Assembly (NCBI GenBank): GCA_963742735.1
Contig: CAVUMN010000004.1
Span: 992,001 to 1,056,000, forward strand
DNA from: an uncultured Actinomycetes bacterium
GTDB lineage: Bacteria > Actinomycetota > UBA4738 > JBBDTT01
Length of the DNA stretch: 64,000 bases
Direction: 5' to 3'
Below are positions 42,448 through 51,264 of this stretch, piece after piece; within the stretch, counting starts at the first letter, position 1, and the number at the start of each line of letters is the position of its first letter. The position numbers were made by a program, and so were the translations under genes. The notes beneath the pieces were generated by a model. That model was not told the origin of the DNA, made no database searches, and saw only the letters and a program-made list of their open reading frames with translations.

Positions 42448-44739
42448 CTACCGGTCCAGACAGACCGTCGCCCGGAGCTCGGAGGTGTACGTGGCGCCGG
42501 CGGGGTCCTCGAGCCACAGCTCGCCCGGTCCGGGGAGCATCTCGGTGACCGAGAGGGCCGGAGCCTCCTGGGCGAGCTTGTACAGGATCTCGACCAGGAA
42601 GAAGCTCGTGAAGTCGACGAAGATCGGCTTCGGCTCGGCGGGGGATTTGACGAAGACGCGATCGGGCATGCCCAGCTCGCGCTGAATCCGGCGGACCCAC
42701 GCCAGTCGCTCGGCCGAGTCCGGCTGGGCCCGGCACGCACGCAAGCGGCCGGCCTCGAGGACCCACGACCGCCGCCTGACCACGACGTCTCCCAGCACCA
42801 CGCGGGGCGCCGCCGTGGCCGGGGGAAGCTCGACCGGATCGATCCCGAGCAGCCGGTGCTGCAGGAACCCGGTCAGCACCGAGAACAGCCAGGTCAGCGG
42901 GCCGCCGTCGCGAGCGCGGACGAACAGCTCGCCGTCGTCCTCCACCACCTCGAGCCGGGCCACGGGGATCGTCCGGTCGTCGGGGTACCGGGAGGCGGCG
43001 CCCTCGGTGAGGATCTCGTGGAAGCCGGGGAGGTCGGGCCAGTTCATGTCGGAGCGCTGGTAGGCGGAGGGAGCGTCGGTCAGGGCCACGACCGGGGGCT
43101 CGACCGCGGCCAGGATCTCCCTGGACAGCGCTTCGGGGTCGGGACAGAACGGCATCGCGGCGGGCTGCGCGGCCAGGAACACCGCCTTGTGGAGCTCCCC
43201 GAGCACGATCGTCCCGCCACCGGTGGCGGCCTCATGGGATGAGGCGGCTACGAGCAGGTCGAGCGAGTGGAAGCGCGCACCGAGAACCTCGCGCCCGGCA
43301 TGCGACTCGGGGCCGGCCAGCAGGGCGAGCACCTTCGTGCAGTCCTCGGGCGTGATCACCAGCAGGGGTGCCGGGTCGCCGAGGCGATCGCCCAGCACGT
43401 TCTGCCAGGCCCCGGCGATCTCTCGGCGCAGTTCGGCGTCGGGGGCGGCTTCCTCACCGATCCAGGCGGTCTCGCGGACGAAGCGCACGAAGTCGACCGG
43501 GGCCTCGCCGCCCAGCCGCAGGAAGATCTCTCGGAACCTGGTCTCGTACCGCCGGGCGAGCTCCGCGGTGATCCACCGTGCAATCTCGAGCAGGGCGGTG
43601 AGCGGCTCCAGCCGGCGGATGAAGCGCCGTCCCAGCCGCGGGGGCTCGGCGTTGCGCTCGCAGTCCTCGTACACCAGCCCCCGTCCGGCGTACATCTGTC
43701 CGAGCCGGCGCGACGGCGCGCGGCCCGTCAGCTCGGCGAACCGGGCCTCGACGTCGTCCATCAGGCGCCGTCGGTCGGCGAGCCCCGCGTCGCCGATCGC
43801 ACCGGCGGACTCGTAGAACCAGCGGATCCGGGGCTCCCATCGGCTGCGGGCCGGCTCATCCAAATCACCCACGCGGGCGAGCAGGGCACCTTCGGGCCGG
43901 TGGATCACGGTGGGGATCAGGATGTCCCGCGTGACGACCCGCCGGGCGAGGAGCTCCTCGGCCACGTTCTCCGGCGAGGGTCCCGCAAGCGAGAACGCGG
44001 GGTCGGCTTCGAGCTCCTCGAGGAGCTCGGCCCACGTTCGGGATCCGTCGCAGCGCTCCAGCACGGCCACCCACCGATCGGAGGCCTCGGTCCGCTGGTC
44101 CACCGGGTAGTGCAGGGTGCGGCCGTCCAAGCGGCACGCCGGGCTGAGCGTGGGCACGAGCTGGGCGGCGACGTCCGGGTCGCGCCCGACCGCCCGGGCC
44201 AGCTCCTGAACGGCCCAGTGCTCGAAGGAGACGAGCCGGCGCGACACGAGGGGTCCCGGGGCCGGCGAGCAGGACACCCCCTCGTCGGCGTCCGGCTCGA
44301 ACCGCCCCCAGGCGACCGGGCCGAAGAAACTGGCGGTCTCGTTCTTCGTCGCCAGGCGCTGCAGGTACTTGGCTGCGGTCGTCTCCTTCTGCCGGGACCG
44401 GCTGTTACGAGGACGGAGCTCCCGGGCGAGGTGACCCTCGATCGTCTCGAGGAAGCGCGGGTTCATCAGGAAGAGCGCCTCCCGCACCCGGTCACCGGTC
44501 AGGACGTCGCGGAGGGCGATCCGGGCCCGTGTCAGCGCCTCGTGGACGGCGGACTCGGCTTCGTCCATCGCGGCCGCCCGCTCCGGAGTCGGCGCCCCGG
44601 CGTCCTCGAGGTCGAGCGCACGGTCCACGACATCCATCGCGGGCCCGAGCCCCAGACGGTCGATCAGGTCGAGCGGAAAACCGGCCGAGCGCATCCAGAC
44701 GAGCGCGCAGAAGGACCAGCCGTCGCTCAGGGGAACCAT
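42448..44739 (-). CDS. LanB glutamylation-domain-only protein (PEARL-like peptide aminoacyl-tRNA ligase)
   Basis: MRSAGFP, KYLQRLATKNETASFFGP, VLGELH, FVKSPAEPKPIFVDF, TEMLP..LWL...YTSELR; 763 aa, ends without an elimination domain. Confidence 0.85.
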   Translation of the reverse strand: MVPLSDGWSFCALVWMRSAGFPLDLIDRLGLGPAMDVVDRALDLEDAGAPTPERAAAMDEAESAVHEALTRARIALRDVLTGDRVREALFLMNPRFLETIEGHLARELRPRNSRSRQKETTAAKYLQRLATKNETASFFGPVAWGRFEPDADEGVSCSPAPGPLVSRRLVSFEHWAVQELARAVGRDPDVAAQLVPTLSPACRLDGRTLHYPVDQRTEASDRWVAVLERCDGSRTWAELLEELEADPAFSLAGPSPENVAEELLARRVVTRDILIPTVIHRPEGALLARVGDLDEPARSRWEPRIRWFYESAGAIGDAGLADRRRLMDDVEARFAELTGRAPSRRLGQMYAGRGLVYEDCERNAEPPRLGRRFIRRLEPLTALLEIARWITAELARRYETRFREIFLRLGGEAPVDFVRFVRETAWIGEEAAPDAELRREIAGAWQNVLGDRLGDPAPLLVITPEDCTKVLALLAGPESHAGREVLGARFHSLDLLVAASSHEAATGGGTIVLGELHKAVFLAAQPAAMPFCPDPEALSREILAAVEPPVVALTDAPSAYQRSDMNWPDLPGFHEILTEGAASRYPDDRTIPVARLEVVEDDGELFVRARDGGPLTWLFSVLTGFLQHRLLGIDPVELPPATAAPRVVLGDVVVRRRSWVLEAGRLRACRAQPDSAERLAWVRRIQRELGMPDRVFVKSPAEPKPIFVDFTSFFLVEILYKLAQEAPALSVTEMLPGPGELWLEDPAGATYTSELRATVCLDR

Positions 44740-44781
44740 AGGGGTGGCGTACGATAACGCGCGCCCGCGGACTGGGAGGCG

Positions 44782-46197
44782 ATGGGTTTGTACCGAGATG
44801 TGCTTCAGCAGGCCGCGGAGCTCGCCATCCAGTTCCTGGAGGAGCTGCCGGAACGGCGGATCACCCCCAGCGCCGACCTCGAGCTGCTCCGGGGGACGCT
44901 GGGCGGAGCCCTCCCCGAGCGGGGGGCCGAGCCGACCGAGGTCATCGCCGCGCTCGTCCGGGACGCCGACCCGGGACTCCTGGCCTCGGCCGGACCCCGC
45001 TTCTTCGCGTTCGTTTTCGGCGGCAACCTGCCTGCCGCCGTCGCCGCCGACTGGCTCACCTCCGCGTGGGACCAGAACGCCGGCGCCTATCTCTCCTCCC
45101 CCGCCCTGTCCGTCGTCGAGGAGACGGCGGGGAACTGGTTGCTCGAGCTGCTCGGCCTGCCCTCGGAGTGCAGCGTCGGGTTCACGACCGGCTGCCAGAT
45201 GGCGAACTTCACGGCCCTTGCCGCGGCCCGCCACAGCGTCCTGCGGCGGGCGGGCTGGGACGTCGAGGCCCAGGGGCTCCAGGGCGCCCCCGAAGTTCGC
45301 GTCCTCGTTGGCGCGGGGGCGCACGTGACGATCTTCGGAGCCCTCCGGTACCTGGGGCTCGGTGCGGGGCGGGCCGTCGTGGTCCCCGCCGACGCCCAAG
45401 GGCGGATGCAGCCCCGAGCCCTCCGCGAGGCGCTGGCGGCGGGAGACGGCCCCACGATCGTGTGCGCCCAGGCGGGCGAGGTGAACACCGGCGCCTTCGA
45501 TCCGCTGGACGAGGTCGCGGACGCCGTGCGCGAGCACGAGGGTGTGTGGCTCCACATCGACGGCGCGTTCGGCCTCTGGGCGGCGGCGGTCCCCTCGCTG
45601 CGTGAGCTGGTCCGCGGGCACGACCGGGCCGACTCGTGGGCGAGCGACGCGCACAAATGGCTGAACGTCCCGTACGACTCGGGCCTCGTCTTCGTCCGCG
45701 ACGTGGCCGCACACCGGGCGGCGATGTCCATGCAGGCCGCCTACCTCACGCCGGAGCTCCGGTCGGAGTTCGATCCGTTCGACTACGTCCCGGAGTTCTC
45801 CCGGCGGGCCCGCGGGTTCGCGGTCTACGCGGCGCTGCGGTCGCTGGGGCGTGACGGCATCGTCGAGATGGTGGAGCGGAACTGTCGGCAGGCCCGGCAG
45901 ATGGCCGCGCGTTTGAGCGAGGACCCGAGGGCGACCGTCCTAAACGACGTGGTGCTGAACCAGGTGCTCGTCCGGTTCGCACCGCCGGAGGGCGCGGACC
46001 CGTCGGCGGCCGCCGCCATGACGCAGCAGACGATGATGGGCGTGCAGATGGACGGCACCTGCATGGTCAGCGGGACGGAGTGGGACGGCCTGCCCGCGAT
46101 GCGGGTCTCGTTCACGTACTGGTCGACGACCGAAGACGACGTCGAGCGGTCCGCGCAGGCCATCCTCCGGGCGCTCGACACGGCGACCGTCCCGTAG
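44782..46197 (+). CDS. group II PLP-dependent amino acid decarboxylase
   Basis: WLHIDGAFG, SDAHKWLNVPYD, EFSRRARG. Confidence 0.9.
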   Translation: MGLYRDVLQQAAELAIQFLEELPERRITPSADLELLRGTLGGALPERGAEPTEVIAALVRDADPGLLASAGPRFFAFVFGGNLPAAVAADWLTSAWDQNAGAYLSSPALSVVEETAGNWLLELLGLPSECSVGFTTGCQMANFTALAAARHSVLRRAGWDVEAQGLQGAPEVRVLVGAGAHVTIFGALRYLGLGAGRAVVVPADAQGRMQPRALREALAAGDGPTIVCAQAGEVNTGAFDPLDEVADAVREHEGVWLHIDGAFGLWAAAVPSLRELVRGHDRADSWASDAHKWLNVPYDSGLVFVRDVAAHRAAMSMQAAYLTPELRSEFDPFDYVPEFSRRARGFAVYAALRSLGRDGIVEMVERNCRQARQMAARLSEDPRATVLNDVVLNQVLVRFAPPEGADPSAAAAMTQQTMMGVQMDGTCMVSGTEWDGLPAMRVSFTYWSTTEDDVERSAQAILRALDTATVP

Positions 46198-46219
46198 CCG
46201 GCTGGGAACGCGCGAGATT

Positions 46220-46297
46220 TGGTGGGCCGTGCAGGATTCGAACCTGCGACACATGGGTTAAAAGCCCACTGCTCTGACCAGGCTGAGCTAACGGCCC
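46220..46297 (-). tRNA. tRNA-Lys(TTT)
   Basis: GGGCCGTTAGCTCAGCCTGGTCAGAGC...CTTTTAA...GGTTCGAATCC...ACCA. Confidence 0.95.
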
Positions 46298-46336
46298 CGG
46301 AGGCAGCGTAGCGGGTCGCCGCGGGCCGATCACGGG

Positions 46337-47005
46337 TCAGAAGCCCGTGATCAGCGCCCGCAGGAACAGGAACCCAACCGCGCCGGCGGCGCCGCCGGCG
46401 GCGACCAGCAGGTAGACACGGGTGCGGGCCTGTCTCGCGAAGACCCATGGGATCGCGAAGGCGCCGGCCAGCAAGGCGACGACGATGGTCAGGTCGATGA
46501 GCCGGTAGGACTCCGCGGCGAGGTTGTAGCGCCACACCCGGCGATCGAGGAGGAGGAAGATCGCCTCGGCGGTGAGCATCGCCGCCGGTGCGGCCACCGC
46601 GAGCGACCGGTACTGCCGCGACCCAGCCGCCACCGCCGCCCCGCTCAGACCCATCATCGGCCCGGCAGCCAGCGCGACGGCGGTCCAGATCACCGTAACC
46701 GACCCGCCCGCGTAGCCGCGCACGGCGGTCGCGCCGTAGTACGTGGCGACTCCCACGAGCAGTGTGAGCGTTCCGGCGAGCGCCCCCCGCCCGGGTGATG
46801 GGGCACGGAGGCCGACCAGGAAGGCCACGATCACCCAGGGCGCGGCGATGTTGCCGAGGATCGTGAACAGGCGTCCAGGCAGGATCCCGTCCGCGAGGAT
46901 CGAGAACACCCCCAGCCCGACGCCGGCCACGACCGCGAGGAGCAGCGGTCGCCGGAGGCGGATCGCGCCCGCCTTCGCCTCACCCTCCGAGGGCTCCGGA
47001 GCCAC
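46337..47005 (-). CDS. membrane protein (DUF6518-like)
   Basis: GNIAAPWVIVAF, ATYY, several TM helices; starts at the nadE stop. Confidence 0.7.
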   Translation of the reverse strand: MAPEPSEGEAKAGAIRLRRPLLLAVVAGVGLGVFSILADGILPGRLFTILGNIAAPWVIVAFLVGLRAPSPGRGALAGTLTLLVGVATYYGATAVRGYAGGSVTVIWTAVALAAGPMMGLSGAAVAAGSRQYRSLAVAAPAAMLTAEAIFLLLDRRVWRYNLAAESYRLIDLTIVVALLAGAFAIPWVFARQARTRVYLLVAAGGAAGAVGFLFLRALITGF

Positions 47006-48636
47006 TACGGGCTCCGGCGATGACGGTTGGTGATGGGAAGCCGCCGGTCGCGGCCAAACGCCTTGGGGGTGATCTTCACGCCGGGCGGAGCCTGGCGGCG
47101 TTTGTACTCGCTCGTGTCGACCAGCCGGACCACCCGGTCCACGAGCTCCGAGTCGGCGCCCTCCGCGACGAGGTCCTCCGGCGAGCGGTCCTCCTCGACG
47201 TAGGCCTCCAGGACCGGGTCGAGCACGTCGTAGGGCGGCAGCGAGTCGGTGTCGGCCTGGTTGGGCCGAAGCTCGGCCGACGGCGGCTTCTCGATCACCG
47301 CCTGCGGGATCGGACCCTCGCCCGGTCCCCGCTCGTTGCGCCATCGCGACAGCTCGTACACCCGCGTCTTCATCACGTCCTTGATGGGCGCGAACCCGCC
47401 GGCCAGGTCGCCGTACAGGGTCGAGTAGCCCGTGGCCATCTCGCTCTTGTTGCCGGTGGCGAGCACCATCGCGCCGAACTTGTTCGAGATCGCCATCAGC
47501 AGGTTCCCGCGGATGCGGGCCTGGAGGTTCTCCTCGGCCACGTTCAGCGGCGTACCGGCGAACGGCTTCTCGAGTGCGTCCAGGTAGGCCTGGAAGACCG
47601 GGTCGATCTCGACGTGGTCCAGCCGGATGCCCAGCCGGTCGGCGAGAGCCTGCGCGTCGAGCACGCTCCCTTCCGAGGAGTACCGCGACGGCATGGACAA
47701 CCCGCGGACGGCCTCGGCCCCGAGCGCGTCGACGGCGAGCGTCGCCACGATGGAGGAGTCGATCCCGCCGGAGAGCCCCACGGCGACCTCGGTGAACCCG
47801 TTCTTGCGGACGTAGTCGCCGAGGCCCAGGACGAGCGCGCGGTAGATCTCCTCGGTCTCGCCCGGCCACGGAGGCCGCTCGGTCGAGGGCAGCGGCGGCT
47901 TCTCCTCGCCCGGCCCCAGGATGTCGACGACCAGCAGGTCCTCCTCGAACACGTTGGCTCGCCACGCGACGTCGCCGTTTGGATCGACGACGATGCTCCC
48001 GCCGTCGAAGACGAGCTCGTCCTGCCCGCCGACGGCGTTCACGTAGACGATCCACGCGCCGGTCTCGCGCGCGCGGTCGCGGCAGATCCGCTCGCGGTCC
48101 TCGGCCTTGCCCCGGTGATACGGAGAGGCGTTGAGATTCGGGATCACCCGCACCTTGCCGGCGTACTCGTCCCACGGCGGGCCGGGCTTCCACGCGTCCT
48201 CGCAGATCGAGACGCCGATCGAGGAGTCCGCGAGCCGCAGCGAGCACCCCTCGTCGCCGGGGACGAAGTACCGGGCCTCGTCGAACACGCCGTAGTTCGG
48301 GAGCTTGTGCTTGTGGTAGCGGGCCAGGACCTGGCCCCCGCGGATGAGCGCCGCGGAGTTGTGCAGGCCGAGGTCGCTGCGATCGACGAAGCCGACCAGC
48401 AGCGCCGGACCGTCCGCGGTCAGCAGGGCCAGCTCGCCCAGGGCGCGGAGGTTGTCGGAGACGAACGCCTCGCGAAACAGCAGGTCCTCGGGCGGGTAGC
48501 CGGTGATGGCCAGCTCGGGGTAGACGACGAGGTCCGCGCCCACGGCCCCGGCCTCGGCGGCGGCTGTCGCGATCCGCTGGGCGTTGCCCTCCAGGTCGCC
48601 GACGGTCGTGTTGATCTGTCCGAGCGCGATCCGCAT
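47005..48636 (-). CDS. nadE: glutamine-dependent NAD+ synthetase
   Basis: PELAITGYPPEDL, LPNYGVFDE, ICED, LSGGIDS, TGNKSE, EYKRRQ. Confidence 0.95.
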   Translation of the reverse strand: MRIALGQINTTVGDLEGNAQRIATAAAEAGAVGADLVVYPELAITGYPPEDLLFREAFVSDNLRALGELALLTADGPALLVGFVDRSDLGLHNSAALIRGGQVLARYHKHKLPNYGVFDEARYFVPGDEGCSLRLADSSIGVSICEDAWKPGPPWDEYAGKVRVIPNLNASPYHRGKAEDRERICRDRARETGAWIVYVNAVGGQDELVFDGGSIVVDPNGDVAWRANVFEEDLLVVDILGPGEEKPPLPSTERPPWPGETEEIYRALVLGLGDYVRKNGFTEVAVGLSGGIDSSIVATLAVDALGAEAVRGLSMPSRYSSEGSVLDAQALADRLGIRLDHVEIDPVFQAYLDALEKPFAGTPLNVAEENLQARIRGNLLMAISNKFGAMVLATGNKSEMATGYSTLYGDLAGGFAPIKDVMKTRVYELSRWRNERGPGEGPIPQAVIEKPPSAELRPNQADTDSLPPYDVLDPVLEAYVEEDRSPEDLVAEGADSELVDRVVRLVDTSEYKRRQAPPGVKITPKAFGRDRRLPITNRHRRSP

Positions 48637-48672
48637 GACGGATCAAGCGTATCGCGGTGATACTCCGCGCTC

Positions 48673-49434
48673 ATGCCGGAGACGATCGAGATCGGGCCGC
48701 AGTACTACGGATTTCCGAACGTAGGGTTCGGGGGCTACGTCGCGGGGCGCCTGGCCGCGTTCGTCGGCGAGGCAGCGGAGGTGACGCTCCGGTCGCCGCC
48801 CCCGCTGGAACGGCCCATGACCGTCGAGGACCACGGCGAGGGACGGTTCCGGCTCCTGGATGGCGACGTCCTCGTCGCGCAGGCGATCGCCTCGCTGCCC
48901 GAGGTCCAGATCCCGGCCCCGCCGGTGAGCCTCGAGGAGGCGTCGCTCGCGTCGGAGCGGTTCCCGGGCTGGCGCGCTCACCCGTTCCCGATGTGCTTCA
49001 CGTGCGGGATCGAACGCGCCGAAGGGCAGGGTCTGCGGATCTTCCTCGGCCCGCTGGAGGACCGCGAGGGCGCGGCCGGAGCCTGGGTGCCGCACCCGGC
49101 GTTCGCCGCCGGGGATGGCCTGGTCCGCCCGGAGTTCGTGTGGGCGGCGCTCGACTGCCCGACCTACTGGGGGATGTTCCCCGACGGCCGTGGCCCGAAC
49201 AGCGAGGACGGGACGCTGCTCGGCCTCACGACCGGGCGCATCCACACCCAGGTGCTCGGGCCGGTCGCGGTGGGCGAGCGCTACGTCGTCCAGGGCTGGC
49301 CGCTGTCGATGGACGGCCGCAAGTACATCGGCGGCGCGGCGGTCTTCGACGAGGACGGCGAGCCGCGCGCGGTGAGCCTGGCGACGTGGCTGCCGCTCCC
49401 GCCCGAGGCGATGGCGCGGCTTCGCGGCGCGTAG
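48673..49434 (+). CDS. hotdog-fold thioesterase-like protein
   Basis: GGYVAGRLA, VTLRSPPPL, HPFPMCFTCG, WAALDCP. Confidence 0.75.
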   Translation: MPETIEIGPQYYGFPNVGFGGYVAGRLAAFVGEAAEVTLRSPPPLERPMTVEDHGEGRFRLLDGDVLVAQAIASLPEVQIPAPPVSLEEASLASERFPGWRAHPFPMCFTCGIERAEGQGLRIFLGPLEDREGAAGAWVPHPAFAAGDGLVRPEFVWAALDCPTYWGMFPDGRGPNSEDGTLLGLTTGRIHTQVLGPVAVGERYVVQGWPLSMDGRKYIGGAAVFDEDGEPRAVSLATWLPLPPEAMARLRGA

Positions 49435-49438
49435 CCGC

Positions 49439-49822
49439 TCAACCCTGCTGCACCCGCAGGAACCCGCCGAGCACGTCCTCGTGGAGGGTCAGGGATACGC
49501 CGCGGGCCTCGGCTTGGCGCATGCCCTCGACGACCGCCTCGCTGGCCCGGCCGAAGATCTCCAGGCGCTCGGGGACGATGTACTCGTACGCGACGGCGGA
49601 GCGCTCCTCGGCGCCGGCGACGTGGTCGTCCATCGCGCCGGCGTCTTCGAACACGTGGATGAACGTGACCGCGCCGTCGTCGGCCGCGTAGGAGGCGAAC
49701 ACCAGCGTCCGCGGCTTCGCCCGGTCGAGCTCGGAGGTCACCCGGGCGGCGACCTCCCGGAACTCCTCGAGCTTCCCCTCCTTGATCCGGTTGTGGCTGA
49801 TGAAGACGATCGGCTCCGCCAT
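49439..49822 (-). CDS. dimeric alpha/beta barrel (ABM-like) protein
   Basis: RIKEGKLEEF...FIHVFEDAGAMDDH. Confidence 0.7.
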   Translation of the reverse strand: MAEPIVFISHNRIKEGKLEEFREVAARVTSELDRAKPRTLVFASYAADDGAVTFIHVFEDAGAMDDHVAGAEERSAVAYEYIVPERLEIFGRASEAVVEGMRQAEARGVSLTLHEDVLGGFLRVQQG

Positions 49823-49868
49823 GTCGGGCGCTCCCCTCGGATGAAGAGGCCCTCAGTATCCGCGCGCC

Positions 49869-51198
49869 CTACAGCAGCGGCAAGTAGCGCTTCAGCTCGA
49901 AGGGCGTCACGTACGCCTTGTACTCGTCCCACTCCTCGCGCTTGTTGCGGAGCAGGAAGTCGACGACGTGCTCGCCGAGGGCCTCGCGCAGGACCTCGCT
50001 GCGCTCGGCCGCGCGGATGGCCTCGTACAGGTCCTCGGGCAGCGACTCGATGCCGGCCGCGCGCCGCTCGTCCTCGCTCATCTCGTAGATGTTGTTCGAC
50101 GCCTCGGCGGGGAGCTCGTACTCCTGCTCCACGCCCTTGAGGCCGGCGGCGAGCATGGCCGCGAACGCCAGGTACGGGTTGCACGCCGGGTCGGGGGAGC
50201 GGAACTCGATGCGGGTGGCGCCCTCCTTGCCGGGCTTGTACATGGGGACGCGGACCAGCGCGCTGCGGTTGCGCCGGGCCCAGCAGATGTACACGGGCGC
50301 CTCGAAGCCGGGGACGAGCCGCTTGTAGGAGTTCACCCACTGGTTGGTGACCAGTGTGATCTCGCGGGCGTGCTTCAGCATGCCGGCGATGTAGCCCTTC
50401 GCGGTCTTGCTCAGGTGGTACTCGTCGGTGGCGTCGAAGAACGCGTTGCGCTCGCCCTCGAACAGTGACTGGTGGGTGTGCATGCCCGAGCCGTTCACGT
50501 CGCTCACCGGCTTCGGCATGAAGGTGGCGTAGACGCCGAACTCCTGTGCGGCCTCCTTCACCGTGAGGCGGTAGGTCATGACGGTGTCGGCCATGGTCAG
50601 CGCGTCGGTGTAGCGCAGGTCGATCTCGTGCTGGGAGGGCGCGACCTCGTGGTGCATGTACTCGACGGGGATGCCCATCGACTCGAGGTAGAGGACCGTG
50701 CGCTTGCGGTAGTCGGTGGCGACGTCGAGCGGCGTGAGGTCGAAGTAGCCGCCGTGGTCGAGGAACTCGGTGGACTCGGAGTCGCCGGAAGTAGAAGAAC
50801 TCGAGCTCGGGCCCGACGAAGAAGGTGAACCCGAGGTCGGCGGCCTTCTGCAGCTGCTTCTTCAGGACGTAGCGGGGGTCGCCGTCGAACGGCTCGCCGT
50901 CGGGGTTGTAGATGTCGCAGAACATCCGGGCGACCTGGGCCTCGGATTTCCACGGGATGATCTGGAACGTCGAGGGGTCGGGCTTGGCGACCATGTCGGA
51001 TTCCTGGATGCGGCTGAAGCCCTCGATGGAGGAGCCGTCGAAGCCCATGCCCTCGCTGAACGCGCCCTCGAGCTCCTGCGGAGTGATCGCGAAGGACTTC
51101 AGGAACCCCAGGACGTCGGTGAACCACAGCCGGATGAACTTGATCCCGCGCTCCTCGACCGTGCGCAGGACGTACTCAGCTTCGTTGGTGAGCGTCAT
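49869..51198 (-). CDS. glnA: glutamine synthetase (GlnA2/GSI-alpha-like), frameshift near 50787
   Basis: RLWFTDVLG, FDGSSIEG, HHEVAPSQHEI, TFMPKP, NSYKRLVPGFEAP, NPYLA. Confidence 0.9.
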
Positions 51199-51248
51199 TC
51201 GAATCGACCTCCTGGCCCCCGAGCGTAATCCCAGGATGTGGGGCCCGT

Positions 51249-51264
51249 GTTACACGAGCGTTAA
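51249..51264 (-). promoter_or_regulatory. putative GlnR box upstream of glnA2
   Basis: TTAAC-N6-GTAAC on the minus strand. Confidence 0.55.

Noticed and set aside
42448-44739. Class I lanthipeptide or thiopeptide cluster
   Set aside because: No elimination domain, LanC, YcaO or Ser/Thr/Cys-rich precursor in the window
42448-45714. 1088-aa version of the LanB ORF
   Set aside because: The N-terminal extension is antisense to the decarboxylase; LanB-like sequence starts near 44739
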